A stretch of 24,000 bases of DNA from an uncultured Phycisphaerales bacterium (GTDB lineage: Bacteria > Planctomycetota > Phycisphaerae > Tepidisphaerales > Tepidisphaeraceae), in contig CAWJPJ010000008.1 of the NCBI GenBank assembly GCA_963844715.1, forward strand, positions 530,247 through 554,246, read 5' to 3'. A model generated the notes under the pieces. It had not been told where the DNA came from. It saw only the letters and a list, made by a program, of their open reading frames with translations, and made no database searches. The stretch's first letter is position 1; each line of letters starts with the position of its first letter. The position numbers and the translations under genes were made by a program. Shown in pieces: positions 1-9,110 of the stretch.

Positions 1-249
1 GAGGGAGGGAATTTCAGATCGAAATTGGGGGAAGGGATGATGAGGGAGTTAGGTGTGCCGGAGTGCATTGCCAGGGATGCTGGGGAGTATGTGGAGATGG
101 CGGTCCGGTTGGGGATGGAGGGTGGGTTTCGGGAGGCGATCAAAAAGAAAATATCGGGGGCTTTGAAGGGTGGGCCGCAGTTTTTGGATGGGAGGAGTTA
201 TGGGCTCGGGGTTGGGGAAGCGCTCTTGGAAATGACGAATGATAAGTGA
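1..249 (+). CDS. 3' end of a glycosyltransferase resembling the C-terminus of TPR/GT41 (SPY / O-GlcNAc-transferase-like) proteins; the 5' end is outside the window
   Basis: Frame 1 is open from nt 1 to TGA 247-249. The sequence RELGVPECIARDAGEYVEMAVRLGMEGGFREAIKKKI...FLDGRSYGLGVGEALLEM fits the C-terminal pattern I associate with GT41 enzymes. The last 6 codons and the stop lie inside the repeat at 228-249. Confidence 0.5.
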   Translation, partial: EGGNFRSKLGEGMMRELGVPECIARDAGEYVEMAVRLGMEGGFREAIKKKISGALKGGPQFLDGRSYGLGVGEALLEMTNDK

Positions 250-255
250 ACGCTC

Positions 256-283
256 CACCCCCATAGGGGGTGGCTTCAGGTAG
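256..283 (+). repeat. ATA-loop hairpin motif, copy 1 (cacccccATAgggggtg + gcttcaggtag)
   Basis: ccaccccc (255-262) pairs with gggggtgg (266-273) around a 3-nt loop ata. It is 22/28 identical to copy 2 at 492-519, and the stem differences are compensatory. Confidence 0.7.
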
Positions 284-365
284 CCCCGTCGAAGGGGGCG
301 TGGGGGTTTTCGAGGTTCGAATTTTTGTTGGCGTCTCGCGCATCTGTCCCCTCGCCCCGGTACTC

Positions 366-436
366 CGGGGAGAGGGTTAGGGTGAGGGGCGGCACTCGAC
401 AACCGAAAAACGCCCCTCACCCTAACCCTCTCCCCG
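366..436. repeat. Perfect 26-bp inverted repeat (cggggagagggttagggtgaggggcg) with a 19-nt spacer
   Basis: 366-391 is the exact reverse complement of 411-436. Related GGGAGAGG/CCCTCTCC copies at 349-360 and 447-456 allow alternative pairings. Confidence 0.85.
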
Positions 437-491
437 TGAGTACACAGGGAGAGGGGATAAATTTCTCGAACTGCAGAGCCACACAGGGTCG

Positions 492-519
492 CACGGCCAT
501 AGGCCGTGGTTTCATGTAG
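492..519 (+). repeat. ATA-loop hairpin motif, copy 2 (cacggccATAggccgtg + gtttcatgtag)
   Basis: cacggcc (492-498) pairs with ggccgtg (502-508) around the loop ata. The tail gtttcatgtag matches gcttcaggtag of copy 1 at 9/11. Confidence 0.7.
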
Positions 520-520
520 T

Positions 521-605
521 AATGACGAATGACGAATCAAATTCCAATGTCCAAATGATCGAAGCGCCATTCGGTCATTCGAACATTGATTCGTCATTCG
601 TCATT
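521..605. repeat. Long hairpin built from heptamer repeats (AATGACG / ATTCGTC)
   Basis: 521-539 aatgacgaatgacgaatca is the exact reverse complement of 587-605. An inner imperfect pairing joins 553-563 and 570-580. Both arms are tandem 7-mers. Confidence 0.8.
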
Positions 606-1158
606 TATCATTCGTCATTTCCGAGACTACGTTTCGCATCTTTTCGTATTCGCTGTCGATTAGGGCGGGGATCGCGGCGCCGACGTTAACGGCTTTCTCG
701 AGGGGGACCCAGCTTTTGCAGCCGGCGTAGGCGGGGGTGTTTTGGATTGTGATGGGGGTGGGGAGTTTGTAGGCGCGGACGAGGAGCAGATAGAGGGGGT
801 TTTCTGGGCGGTAGTTGAAGCGCATGTCGATTAGGGCGGGGGTCCAGATGTGATGGGCGTCCAGGGCGTCCATGACGGCGCGGGAATGCATGGGGATGAT
901 GTCTGTGATTTGGACGGCGGCGGTTAGGTTGATTTGGTCGGGCTCGGCGGTGAGTTTTTGCAGGTTCACGCCGGGTTTTAGCATTGGGGGGTTTTGATGG
1001 ACATAGGTCGGGAAGAGGAGAAATTCGGGGTGTTCGATTTCGAATTCGCCGGCGGATTCGTGGATGCCGCCTTTTCGGAGGAGGAGGATTTGGCGGCCGG
1101 AGGCGAGGGCGTCGCAGACGGTTTGCCATTCTTTCAGGGCGACTTGGAGTTGCGCAGG
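601..1158 (-). CDS. DUF1802 family protein; start codon unresolved
   Basis: The ORF track starts at ATG 984. The same frame stays open up to 1158 and encodes ALKEWQTVCDALASGRQILLLRKGGIHESAGEFEIEHPEFLLFPTYVHQNPP, the N-terminal signature I recognise as DUF1802. There is no ATG, GTG or TTG between 985 and 1158, and the frame runs directly into the obg TGA (1159-1161). Confidence 0.75.
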   Translation of the reverse strand, partial: PAQLQVALKEWQTVCDALASGRQILLLRKGGIHESAGEFEIEHPEFLLFPTYVHQNPPMLKPGVNLQKLTAEPDQINLTAAVQITDIIPMHSRAVMDALDAHHIWTPALIDMRFNYRPENPLYLLLVRAYKLPTPITIQNTPAYAGCKSWVPLEKAVNVGAAIPALIDSEYEKMRNVVSEMTNDK

Positions 1159-2268
<1,110 letters not shown>

Positions 2269-2269
2269 T

Positions 2270-2521
2270 CTAAACGGCCGCTTGCTCGGCGCGGATGTGG
2301 ACTTTTCGGCCTTGGAACTCGACTTTGCCATCTTTGAGGGCGAAGAGGGTGTCGTCGCTGCCGATGCCTACGTTGAAGCCTGGGTGGAACTTGGTTCCGC
2401 GCTGGCGGATGATGATGGAGCCTGCGGTGATGAATTGTCCGCCGTAGGCTTTTACGCCTCGGTATTGGGGGTTGCTGTCGCGTCCGTTCTTGGTGGAGCC
2501 TTGTCCTTTTTTATGTGCCAT
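2270..2521 (-). CDS. rpmA: 50S ribosomal protein L27
   Basis: [48 protein letters not shown] is the canonical L27 sequence. Confidence 0.97.
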   Translation of the reverse strand: MAHKKGQGSTKNGRDSNPQYRGVKAYGGQFITAGSIIIRQRGTKFHPGFNVGIGSDDTLFALKDGKVEFQGRKVHIRAEQAAV

Positions 2522-2540
2522 GAGTCACCTTTTTATCGCA

Positions 2541-3164
2541 TCACGTATTGGGAATCCTGCAGAACGAGGCGCCGTCGCCTTCGTGAAGGGCGTCGGCATC
2601 GAGATGGAACGTCTGCTGTAAAGTTTTGTGGAGGATGACGGTTTGGTCGCCGAGTTTGACGGTGGCGGAATCACCCCAGAAGCCTGCGGCGAAGATGGTG
2701 AAGGTTCCCATTCGCGGGTCGGGCTCGGGCCAGATGGCGACGCCGTCCTTGGCCTGGTCCTCGCCCTGATGAATGGGTCCCGCGACGTCGAGGGCCGATT
2801 GAAGGAACTTGATGTGTTCCTTGTCCTGAACGGCGGCGAAGACGGCGGGTTTGACATCAATGCTGTCGCTGGCGATGAGCTGGCCGTCCTGGGTGAGCAT
2901 TTGAAAGCTGGGGTAGAAGAGAATCTTGTCCTGATCGGAGTTATTCACGACGTGATAGGTGATATACCAGTAGGCGCGCGGGGCGGAGTCGCCGGGGGTT
3001 TGGACGAGGATTCTGCGGGGCTTTGCGAAATCGACGGTGAGTTCCCAGGAAGTGGGGGCGGTGGAGGGGGTCGGGAAGTCGGCGCGGACGCTGGGTGCGG
3101 ATAGCCCGAGCGCAAGCAGGATCGCTGCGCCGACTAGCGGCAGAAATAGCGTAGAGCGCGTCAT
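2541..3164 (-). CDS. Secreted hypothetical protein (N-terminal signal peptide)
   Basis: 207-aa ORF. The N-terminus [28 protein letters not shown] looks like a signal peptide. Composition is coding-like, and it lies 19 nt upstream of rpmA on the same strand. I recognise no family. Confidence 0.65.
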   Translation of the reverse strand: MTRSTLFLPLVGAAILLALGLSAPSVRADFPTPSTAPTSWELTVDFAKPRRILVQTPGDSAPRAYWYITYHVVNNSDQDKILFYPSFQMLTQDGQLIASDSIDVKPAVFAAVQDKEHIKFLQSALDVAGPIHQGEDQAKDGVAIWPEPDPRMGTFTIFAAGFWGDSATVKLGDQTVILHKTLQQTFHLDADALHEGDGASFCRIPNT

Positions 3165-3203
3165 TCCGGGTCTCCGCAGGATAGAAACGGGTTGAAAAAG
3201 CCG

Positions 3204-3251
3204 CCGGCGGATAGCTATCCACCGGCTTTAGGTTATTCTTATCGCCGGTGG
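3204..3251. promoter_or_regulatory. Dyad-symmetric CCGGYGG/CCRCCGG sites in a divergent promoter region (candidate operator)
   Basis: 3204-3225 ccggcggatagctatccaccgg is a 22-bp palindrome with one mismatch. ccaccggc (3219-3226) and gccggtgg (3244-3251) form a further 8-bp inverted repeat. Confidence 0.3.
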
Positions 3252-3321
3252 CGAGGTTGTCAAATACGCAATCAGATGAGGGGGACGGCCTGGAAAATGG
3301 GCCTTCGCGGCCGCGTATCGA

Positions 3322-4230
3322 GTGCCGCAGGGCGTGGCGACGGAATTGCCGGGAGCGGCGGCGATGTTTTTGGGGGCGGAGTGCCACCGGGCGTCGGAGT
3401 CGCAGACGCTGGATTTTCTGCGGTACGCGGCGCAAAGGCACATCAATCTGGGGGAGACCTGGGTGGGGTTGGAAGAGGGGAAATTGGCGTGGTCGATGCT
3501 GCCGCTGCTGTCGCCGGGGAGGACGGCGCTGCTGTTTACGGCGGCGGAGTGGTCTTGCGAGAGTGCGGCGGCGGGGGAACTTGTGGGGTGCGTTTGCCGG
3601 GATTTGGCGGGGCGGGACGTGCAACTGGCGCAGGTGCTGATCGATCCGGCGCAATTGCCGGCACGGCGTTTTTTTGCGCTTCAGGGGTTTTCGGAAATCG
3701 CGGAGCTGAACTATCTGCATGGGCCGGCGCCGCGGTCGGCACAGGGGGCGGTTTTGCCGAAGGAAATGCGACTGGAAAATTATTCGCCGCAGATGCATGA
3801 ATTGTTTGGACGGGCGATTTTGGAAAGCTATAAGGAGAGCCTGGACTGTCCGGCGCTCACGGGAGTTCGGGATATTGAGGACGTGATCGCCGGGCATAAG
3901 GCGACGGGCGAATTCGATGCGACGCTTTGGCATATTTTGATTGAGAATTCGAAGGCGCTGGGGGTGCTGCTGCTGAGCCGGGTGATTGGGGCGGATTCGC
4001 TGGAACTGGTTTATCTCGGGTTGTCTCCCGAGGCGCGCGGGCGCGGGTTGGGAGACTTGCTGATGAGGCAGGCGATGTTGCAGGTGAATCAGCAGGGGCG
4101 GAGGCGGCTTTCGCTGGCGGTGGATCGGCGGAATAATCCGGCGCTGAAGTTGTATTACCGGTTCGGGCTGGCGCGGCTGACGAGCAAATTGGCGATGATT
4201 CGGAACCTCTCGGGGTTATCCACAAAATAA
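3322..4230 (+). CDS. GNAT family N-acetyltransferase
   Basis: The C-terminal half, LELVYLGLSPEARGRGLGDLLMRQAMLQVNQQGRRRLSLAVDRRNNPALKLYYRFGL, carries the acetyl-CoA-binding R/Q-x-x-G-x-G/A motif of GNATs. The start is uncertain: GTG 3322 or ATG 3364. Confidence 0.85.
   Translation: MPQGVATELPGAAAMFLGAECHRASESQTLDFLRYAAQRHINLGETWVGLEEGKLAWSMLPLLSPGRTALLFTAAEWSCESAAAGELVGCVCRDLAGRDVQLAQVLIDPAQLPARRFFALQGFSEIAELNYLHGPAPRSAQGAVLPKEMRLENYSPQMHELFGRAILESYKESLDCPALTGVRDIEDVIAGHKATGEFDATLWHILIENSKALGVLLLSRVIGADSLELVYLGLSPEARGRGLGDLLMRQAMLQVNQQGRRRLSLAVDRRNNPALKLYYRFGLARLTSKLAMIRNLSGLSTK
4216..4224 (+). promoter_or_regulatory. Perfect consensus DnaA box TTATCCACA
   Basis: Exact 9-mer ttatccaca, overlapping the last codons of the GNAT gene. 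Confidence 0.6.
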
Positions 4231-4663
4231 TTAACAATCTGCCCACAGGTCCGATAATTTTGTGGATGAAAGGGTGAAAAAACTTTTTTTCAGCCTTTTT
4301 GGGGCCGATTCTATGGGCGGATTTGTCGTTGTGGACGGAAAATCCGGCAAGTAAGTCCTTTACAGCAAAGTCTTCCCAGCTTATTTTTCTGATTGTCTTC
4401 AGGGATGGTTAAGACAGCGCTTTGAAGGTCACGGGAGTGTGGCGATTTGAGGCGCGAGGCGGGAATGGCCAGAAGCGGTTTCCCGCAAGACACGTCAGGG
4501 AACACATCAGGGACGAATTGTAATCGGGCATGAAGCCTGTTCTTCGCAACGGGGAAGGATCCCATTGTCATAGGCAAGAGGCGGCTGTGGAGCCGTCCCG
4601 GTGCCGTCGCGGCGCGATGATGCGTCGTGACACGGATGGGAATTCGCACGGAAGGAGCAGGCT
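4216..4663. other. Candidate oriC / dnaA autoregulatory region (DnaA-box cluster plus AT-rich tract)
   Basis: Box-like sites: 4216-4224 (perfect), 4261-4269 tgtggatga (1 mismatch), and 4330-4338, 4438-4446 and 4586-4594 (CCACA core only). An AT-rich stretch gaaaaaactttttttcagccttttt lies at about 4276-4300. This is a 433-bp non-coding gap immediately 5' of dnaA. Confidence 0.4.
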
Positions 4664-6229
4664 GTGAGCTGCATTAGCGCGCACGATCCGCAATTGACTC
4701 GTTTAGCCAATGCGATCGCACAGCGGGTGGGGCCGCAGCGATTTCACGTCTGGTTCAATAATTCCACGCGACTGGATTTGAAGCAGGACGGGCTGGAGAT
4801 CGCCGTCCCGAATGATTTCATCAGCGAATGGATCGGGACGCATTTCGGCGGTCCGATTCAAGAGGCGGCGCAGGAAGTTCTGGGATGTTCGCTGGCGGTG
4901 CGGTTCAACGTCATGCCGCAATTGTTCGAGACAGACACGACGGACGGGGGGGAAAATAAGAATGGGAATGGGAAGGGTGAGGAGGCCGTGGCGCCGATGG
5001 CGGTGGTGAAGGCGCGGCGCGGTGAGACGGTGGCGGCAGCAGCGGTGGCGGAAAGCACGGTACGCGTGACGACGGCGAATTTGTGGGGATCGAAAATTTC
5101 GGGCGGGGGGACGGCGGTAGCGCCGGCGCGGAAGACTTCGACTCTTGACGCGGACGCGGCGCTGAGCCGGCTTCGGTTGCGTCACGACATCGAAACGTTC
5201 ATCATCGGGCAAAGCAATCAACTGGCGCACAGCACGGCGCTTTACGTCTCTGAATATCCGGGGGCGCAATACAATCCGCTGTTCCTGCACGGGGGATGCG
5301 GGCTGGGGAAGACGCATCTTTTGCAGGGATTATGCAAGCGATTCATCCAGAATCACCCGGCGAAGCGATGGATGTATCTGACCGGCGAGGAATTCACGAA
5401 CGAATTTTTGAATGCGCTGCGGACGAACAAAATCGAGGCGTTCCGGCGGCGGATGCGCGAGCTGGATCTGCTGGTGATCGACGACGTGCATTTCCTGGGG
5501 GGCAAGAAGGCGACGCAGGAGGAATTCCTGCACACGTTCAACGCCATCGAGGCGATGGGCCGGCAAGTGGTGATGGTCAGCGATAATCATCCCAAGCTGA
5601 TCGAGGAGTTCGGGGAGTCGCTGATCAACCGGTTTATCAGCGGGATGGTGGTTCGGATCGATCCGCCGAATTTCGCGACGCGGTGCGAGATTTTGCGGAG
5701 TTTGGCGCATCGGGCGGGGATCGGGATGCCGGAGGAAGTGGTGGGATGGATCGCGCGGCGGGTGACGCAGAATGTGAGGGAGTTGGAAGGGGCGGCGATG
5801 CGCATAGCGGCGCATGCGACGGTTCAGCAGCGCGACGCGGATGTGGCGATGGCGCAGGCGGCGTTGGGGGACCTGGACAAGCATCTGGTGGCGCCGGTGA
5901 GGCCGGAGGGCGTGCTGGACATTGTCTGCGAATATTTCAGCCTGGATTCGAAGGATTTGATGTCGGGGCGGCGACAGCGGACGATCAGCCTGGCGCGCAG
6001 CGTGGCGATGTATCTGGTGCGGAAATTGTCGAAATTAAGTTTCCCGGAGATTGGGATGAAGATGGGTAAGAGGAATCACAGCACGGTGATTTCGGCTTGC
6101 CGGCGGATCGAGCGGGCGCTGGCGCGGAACGAGCCTTTGATCTGGAACAATCATCTTGGGGAGCGGCATGAAGAGGCGTGTGAGCTGATTCAGCGGCTGG
6201 AGGAGCAGAGCCGGGCGCGGGGTAGATGA
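4664..6229 (+). CDS. dnaA: Chromosomal replication initiator protein DnaA
   Basis: FHVWFNNSTRLDL...FISEWI (domain I), FIIGQSNQLAH...NPLFLHGGCGLGKTHLLQ (AAA+ Walker A), LLVIDDVHFL and the C-terminal HTH KMGKRNHSTVISACRRI. GTG start preceded by aaggag. Confidence 0.97.
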   Translation: MSCISAHDPQLTRLANAIAQRVGPQRFHVWFNNSTRLDLKQDGLEIAVPNDFISEWIGTHFGGPIQEAAQEVLGCSLAVRFNVMPQLFETDTTDGGENKNGNGKGEEAVAPMAVVKARRGETVAAAAVAESTVRVTTANLWGSKISGGGTAVAPARKTSTLDADAALSRLRLRHDIETFIIGQSNQLAHSTALYVSEYPGAQYNPLFLHGGCGLGKTHLLQGLCKRFIQNHPAKRWMYLTGEEFTNEFLNALRTNKIEAFRRRMRELDLLVIDDVHFLGGKKATQEEFLHTFNAIEAMGRQVVMVSDNHPKLIEEFGESLINRFISGMVVRIDPPNFATRCEILRSLAHRAGIGMPEEVVGWIARRVTQNVRELEGAAMRIAAHATVQQRDADVAMAQAALGDLDKHLVAPVRPEGVLDIVCEYFSLDSKDLMSGRRQRTISLARSVAMYLVRKLSKLSFPEIGMKMGKRNHSTVISACRRIERALARNEPLIWNNHLGERHEEACELIQRLEEQSRARGR

Positions 6230-6382
6230 TTCGTCTCTCAGATACGCATCATACTTGAGTGTCATGCCCGCCCCTTCGCGTCGTGCCGAAACCAGCGGAA
6301 GGGGACAGGGAGTGCTCGCCCGGAATAACGGCGGCGGGGGTGAAACGGCGCGCGGAGATCGTGGGTCCGGCGGTTTCGAAGT

Positions 6383-6421
6383 CGAAAATAGATTCTTCGA
6401 AAATTGAAAATCAGAAATCAG
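6383..6421 (+). repeat. AT-rich heptamer-periodic tract (cgaaaat tgaaaat cagaaat)
   Basis: Three tandem 7-mers at 6398-6418, plus an extra cgaaaat at 6383-6389. This is locally the most AT-rich DNA in the dnaA-receptor gap. Confidence 0.6.
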
Positions 6422-6758
6422 CCGGCGTTCGGGCCGAGAGGGTCCGATAAGCGCCGCGGCGCCCATAATTCAGTGCGCGCTGAGTCCAGTCGCGCGGGGG
6501 TTTTGGGGGAGGCAGTTTTTCGAGGGCAAGATTGGGCAAAAGCGGGGCAAGGTCCGAGAAAATCCGGGCGGGAATCAACTGAATCTAACCCAGCGATCCA
6601 TCCGAGACGATCTTACAGATGTCGTGAACGCTACAGGCGTTGCAGATTAACGGATCTGGCAGCGGCCCAAATGTGCGTCACCTCACCGGAGCCCGCGGCG
6701 GCGCGAACGTTCCGCGGAGATCAGGACGTGCGGAAGTTCGGCGGCACGAGGATCGAAC

Positions 6759-9007
6759 ATGCCAAGAGATAGTTGGAAGGCAATCGCGATGGTGTGCGTT
6801 CTGTCGGCCGCGTCGGCGGCGATGGGGAGTACGGCCACCACGCAGCCGACGACCACCAGCAGCACGACCACGACATCGGTGTTTTCCAGCGACGCGACGA
6901 CGCTGTCGTCGTCATCGTCGGGCGGGAATGAATTCGGGGGCATGTCGATCGAAGAGTTGCTGAACGTGGTGGTGGCCTCGCCCGCCGGTTTGACGCCGAC
7001 GGACGAGCGGGCGCTCCCGGTGGATGTGACAGAGCTGGACGCGAAGGACATCGAGCAATCGGGGGCGCGGAACCTCGACGAGGTGATGAACATTTTTGTT
7101 CCGAACGCGGAGATCATGTCCCACAATTCTCCGCCGGACGCGCTGGGGATTCGCGGGATCATCAGCGACCGCGAGGATAAATACCTTTATCAAGTGAACG
7201 GCGTGACGATGAACAACCGGATGCTGTTCGGGGCGGCGGACGAGCGCGATCTGCCGATGATGGGGGACATCAACACGTTGGACGTGGTGCGTGGCCCGGC
7301 GTCGGCGACGTATGGGTCGGGGGCGCTGGCGGGCGTTGTGGATGTCAATACGTATACCGGCCTGACGTTTACCGGGGCGGATTTGACGGTGAAGCAGGGA
7401 ATTGGGGATCAGTTCACGTCTGGGGAAATTCGGTTTGGGCGCCAATTCAGCGAGACGTCGGGATTGTTCGTGTATTACGGAGCGGCCGAGGTGCAGGGGC
7501 AGGATTCGCCATATTTCTTTGGGCAATCGGAGCCGGCGGTGAATGGGCTGCCGGCGAACATCGCGGGGCAGCAGTTTACCGGGGGGCCGATCTCGAACGT
7601 GGGCGAGGCGGCGTTTGATCTGCCGTACCAGAAGGCGCATGTGAGTTATGTGAACGGGCCGTGGGAGATCTGGGTTCGTTATGTTCAGGACGGCACAGAT
7701 ACTCGGCCGGCGCGAATATTTTCACGGGGACGAAGCCGGCGACGGAAAGCCTGGCGGACTGGCTGGCGGGGCGCGAGACGCTCAATCAGGTTTATACGAA
7801 CGCGATCAGTTTCAAGAAGGATGTGTCAGATCAGTGGAATATAAGCGCTCTAACGAGTTATGACGTTTGGGTGAATAAGGACCAGCGGGCGGGAGTCTCA
7901 ACCAACCAGCCGACGCGGGTGTCGAACGAAAACCAGTTGTTCGGGCAGTTAATTGCGAATTGGAAGCCGGTGGCGAGCCAGTCGGTGGCTTTTGGGACGG
8001 AATTTTCGCAGCTTTGGTATCACGATCCGCCGCAGTCGGACGCGTTGGATTTGACGCCGGTGGTTCCGACGCGGGATTGGCAGACACAAACGTATTCGTT
8101 CTTCGGGGAAGACCAGTGGAAGTTCGCCAAGGGATGGACGTCGTTTCTGGACGTGCGGGCGGACAAGAATACGTATCAGTACTGGCTAGTTTCGCCGCGC
8201 GGCACGATCGTTTATGAGCCGAACAAGAAGGATACATGGAAGGTGATGGGAGGACAGTCGGTGCGGTGCGCGGACGACGAAGATATCTGGGGCCAGTGGT
8301 ATCGAACGCGAACTTATCCGGACCCCGAGAAACTGCTGACGGCGGAATTGTCCTACGACCACAAATTCACGGATCAGTTGGACCTTGCGGTGGACGAATT
8401 TTACGAGGACTATCACGCGGTGGGGTGGAACCCGAGCGCGACGGAAGAAACGTCGCTGGGACACTTCCAGATCGCGGGCGGCGAAATCGTGCTGACGTGG
8501 AAGGCGGATTCGACGCGGATCATGGCGTCGGAAGGGATTTCAACGCTGGTTTACGGGTCGGTGCCCGGCGGTTCGCCGGCGGCATCGCAGGGAATCAGCT
8601 CGGCGCCATATGGTTTTGGGGACGAACTGGCCGCGTGGGCGCCGTCGGTGACGAAGCTATCGGTGATGCACGACCTGGATAGGCACTGGACGGTGAGTTC
8701 GTCCCTCGTTTACTACTCGGGGTTCCCGGTGCGGCAGGATTACTCGAATTATGCGGCGAGTCTGGTGAATCCGCCGGCAGGCGTGCCGCTGAGCGATCCG
8801 GGGTATACGACTCCTTACGGGCCCGACGTTTTCTGGAATGTGGGGTTGGAGTTCCGGCCGAACGATCAGTGGACGTTCCGGATCGACGGGTACGATCTGG
8901 CTTACTTGTTCGATCGCAATGTTTCGAAGATCAACGAAATTCTTCGCGAGTCGGAATACAGCACGTTGCCGGCCTCGCTGGGGGTTTCGGTTCGGTATAA
9001 GTTTTAG
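6759..9007 (+). CDS. TonB-dependent outer-membrane receptor, frame-broken as assembled (6759..~7705 in one frame, ~7706..9007 in another)
   Basis: It has a signal peptide and a plug-domain-like region (IEELLNVVVASP...DIEQSGARNLDEVM...INTLDVVRGPASATYGSGALAGVVDVNTY). The C-terminal beta-barrel ends ...GVSVRYKF. ORF 6759..7844 turns to R-rich junk after YVQDGTDT, while ORF 7661..9007 becomes sensible at GANIFTGTKPATESLADW. Confidence 0.85.
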
Positions 9008-9110
9008 GTCTTTCTCATTTTCCGTCGCTTAGGGGCCTTTTGGGGAACGGAAAACGCCGTGGGTGCTAAGCAAGCCACGACTATGATAAAATAGTCTTGG
9101 ACGGTGCGCC

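Larger units (their letters stand above)
228..622. repeat. 395-bp repeat-dense, MITE-like intergenic element bounded by 22-bp terminal inverted repeats
   Basis: 228-249 ggaaatgacgaatgataagtga matches the reverse complement of 601-622 (ggaaatgacgaatgataaatga) at 21/22 positions. The interior holds several nested hairpins (255-273, 366-436, 492-508, 521-605). Confidence 0.8.

Noticed and set aside
311-330. tRNA-like T-loop sequence ggttcgaat
   Set aside because: The flanks cannot form a T-stem (cgagg / ttttg). No acceptor or anticodon arms are evident. The same applies to ggttcgatg at ~15729.
2941-3933. Long R/P-rich minus-strand ORFs (2941..3933, and likewise 19678..20454, 21019..21963, 22503..23495, 4703..5317)
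   Set aside because: Arg/Pro/His-rich composition is typical of off-frame or antisense reading of GC-rich genes. Each overlaps a well-supported gene on the other strand or frame.
6377-6425. AT-rich heptamer tract downstream of dnaA as the origin unwinding element
   Set aside because: I found no DnaA-box-like sequences within the 6230-6758 gap. The box cluster is upstream of dnaA, and similar heptamer tracts occur at non-origin loci.
6290-6680. Possible cobalamin or TPP riboswitch upstream of the TonB-dependent receptor
   Set aside because: Only fragments resemble the consensus: ggtgaaac without the following TCC, and gatctggcagcg without the CUGAGA/UAAUGCC context. No B12 box (GCCACTG) was found. 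This is insufficient by eye and needs an Infernal scan.
9018-9054. Rho-independent terminator after the TonB receptor (ttttccgt ... acggaaaa)
   Set aside because: The 8-bp stem is AT-rich, the loop is 21 nt, and no U-tract follows. This is too weak to call.
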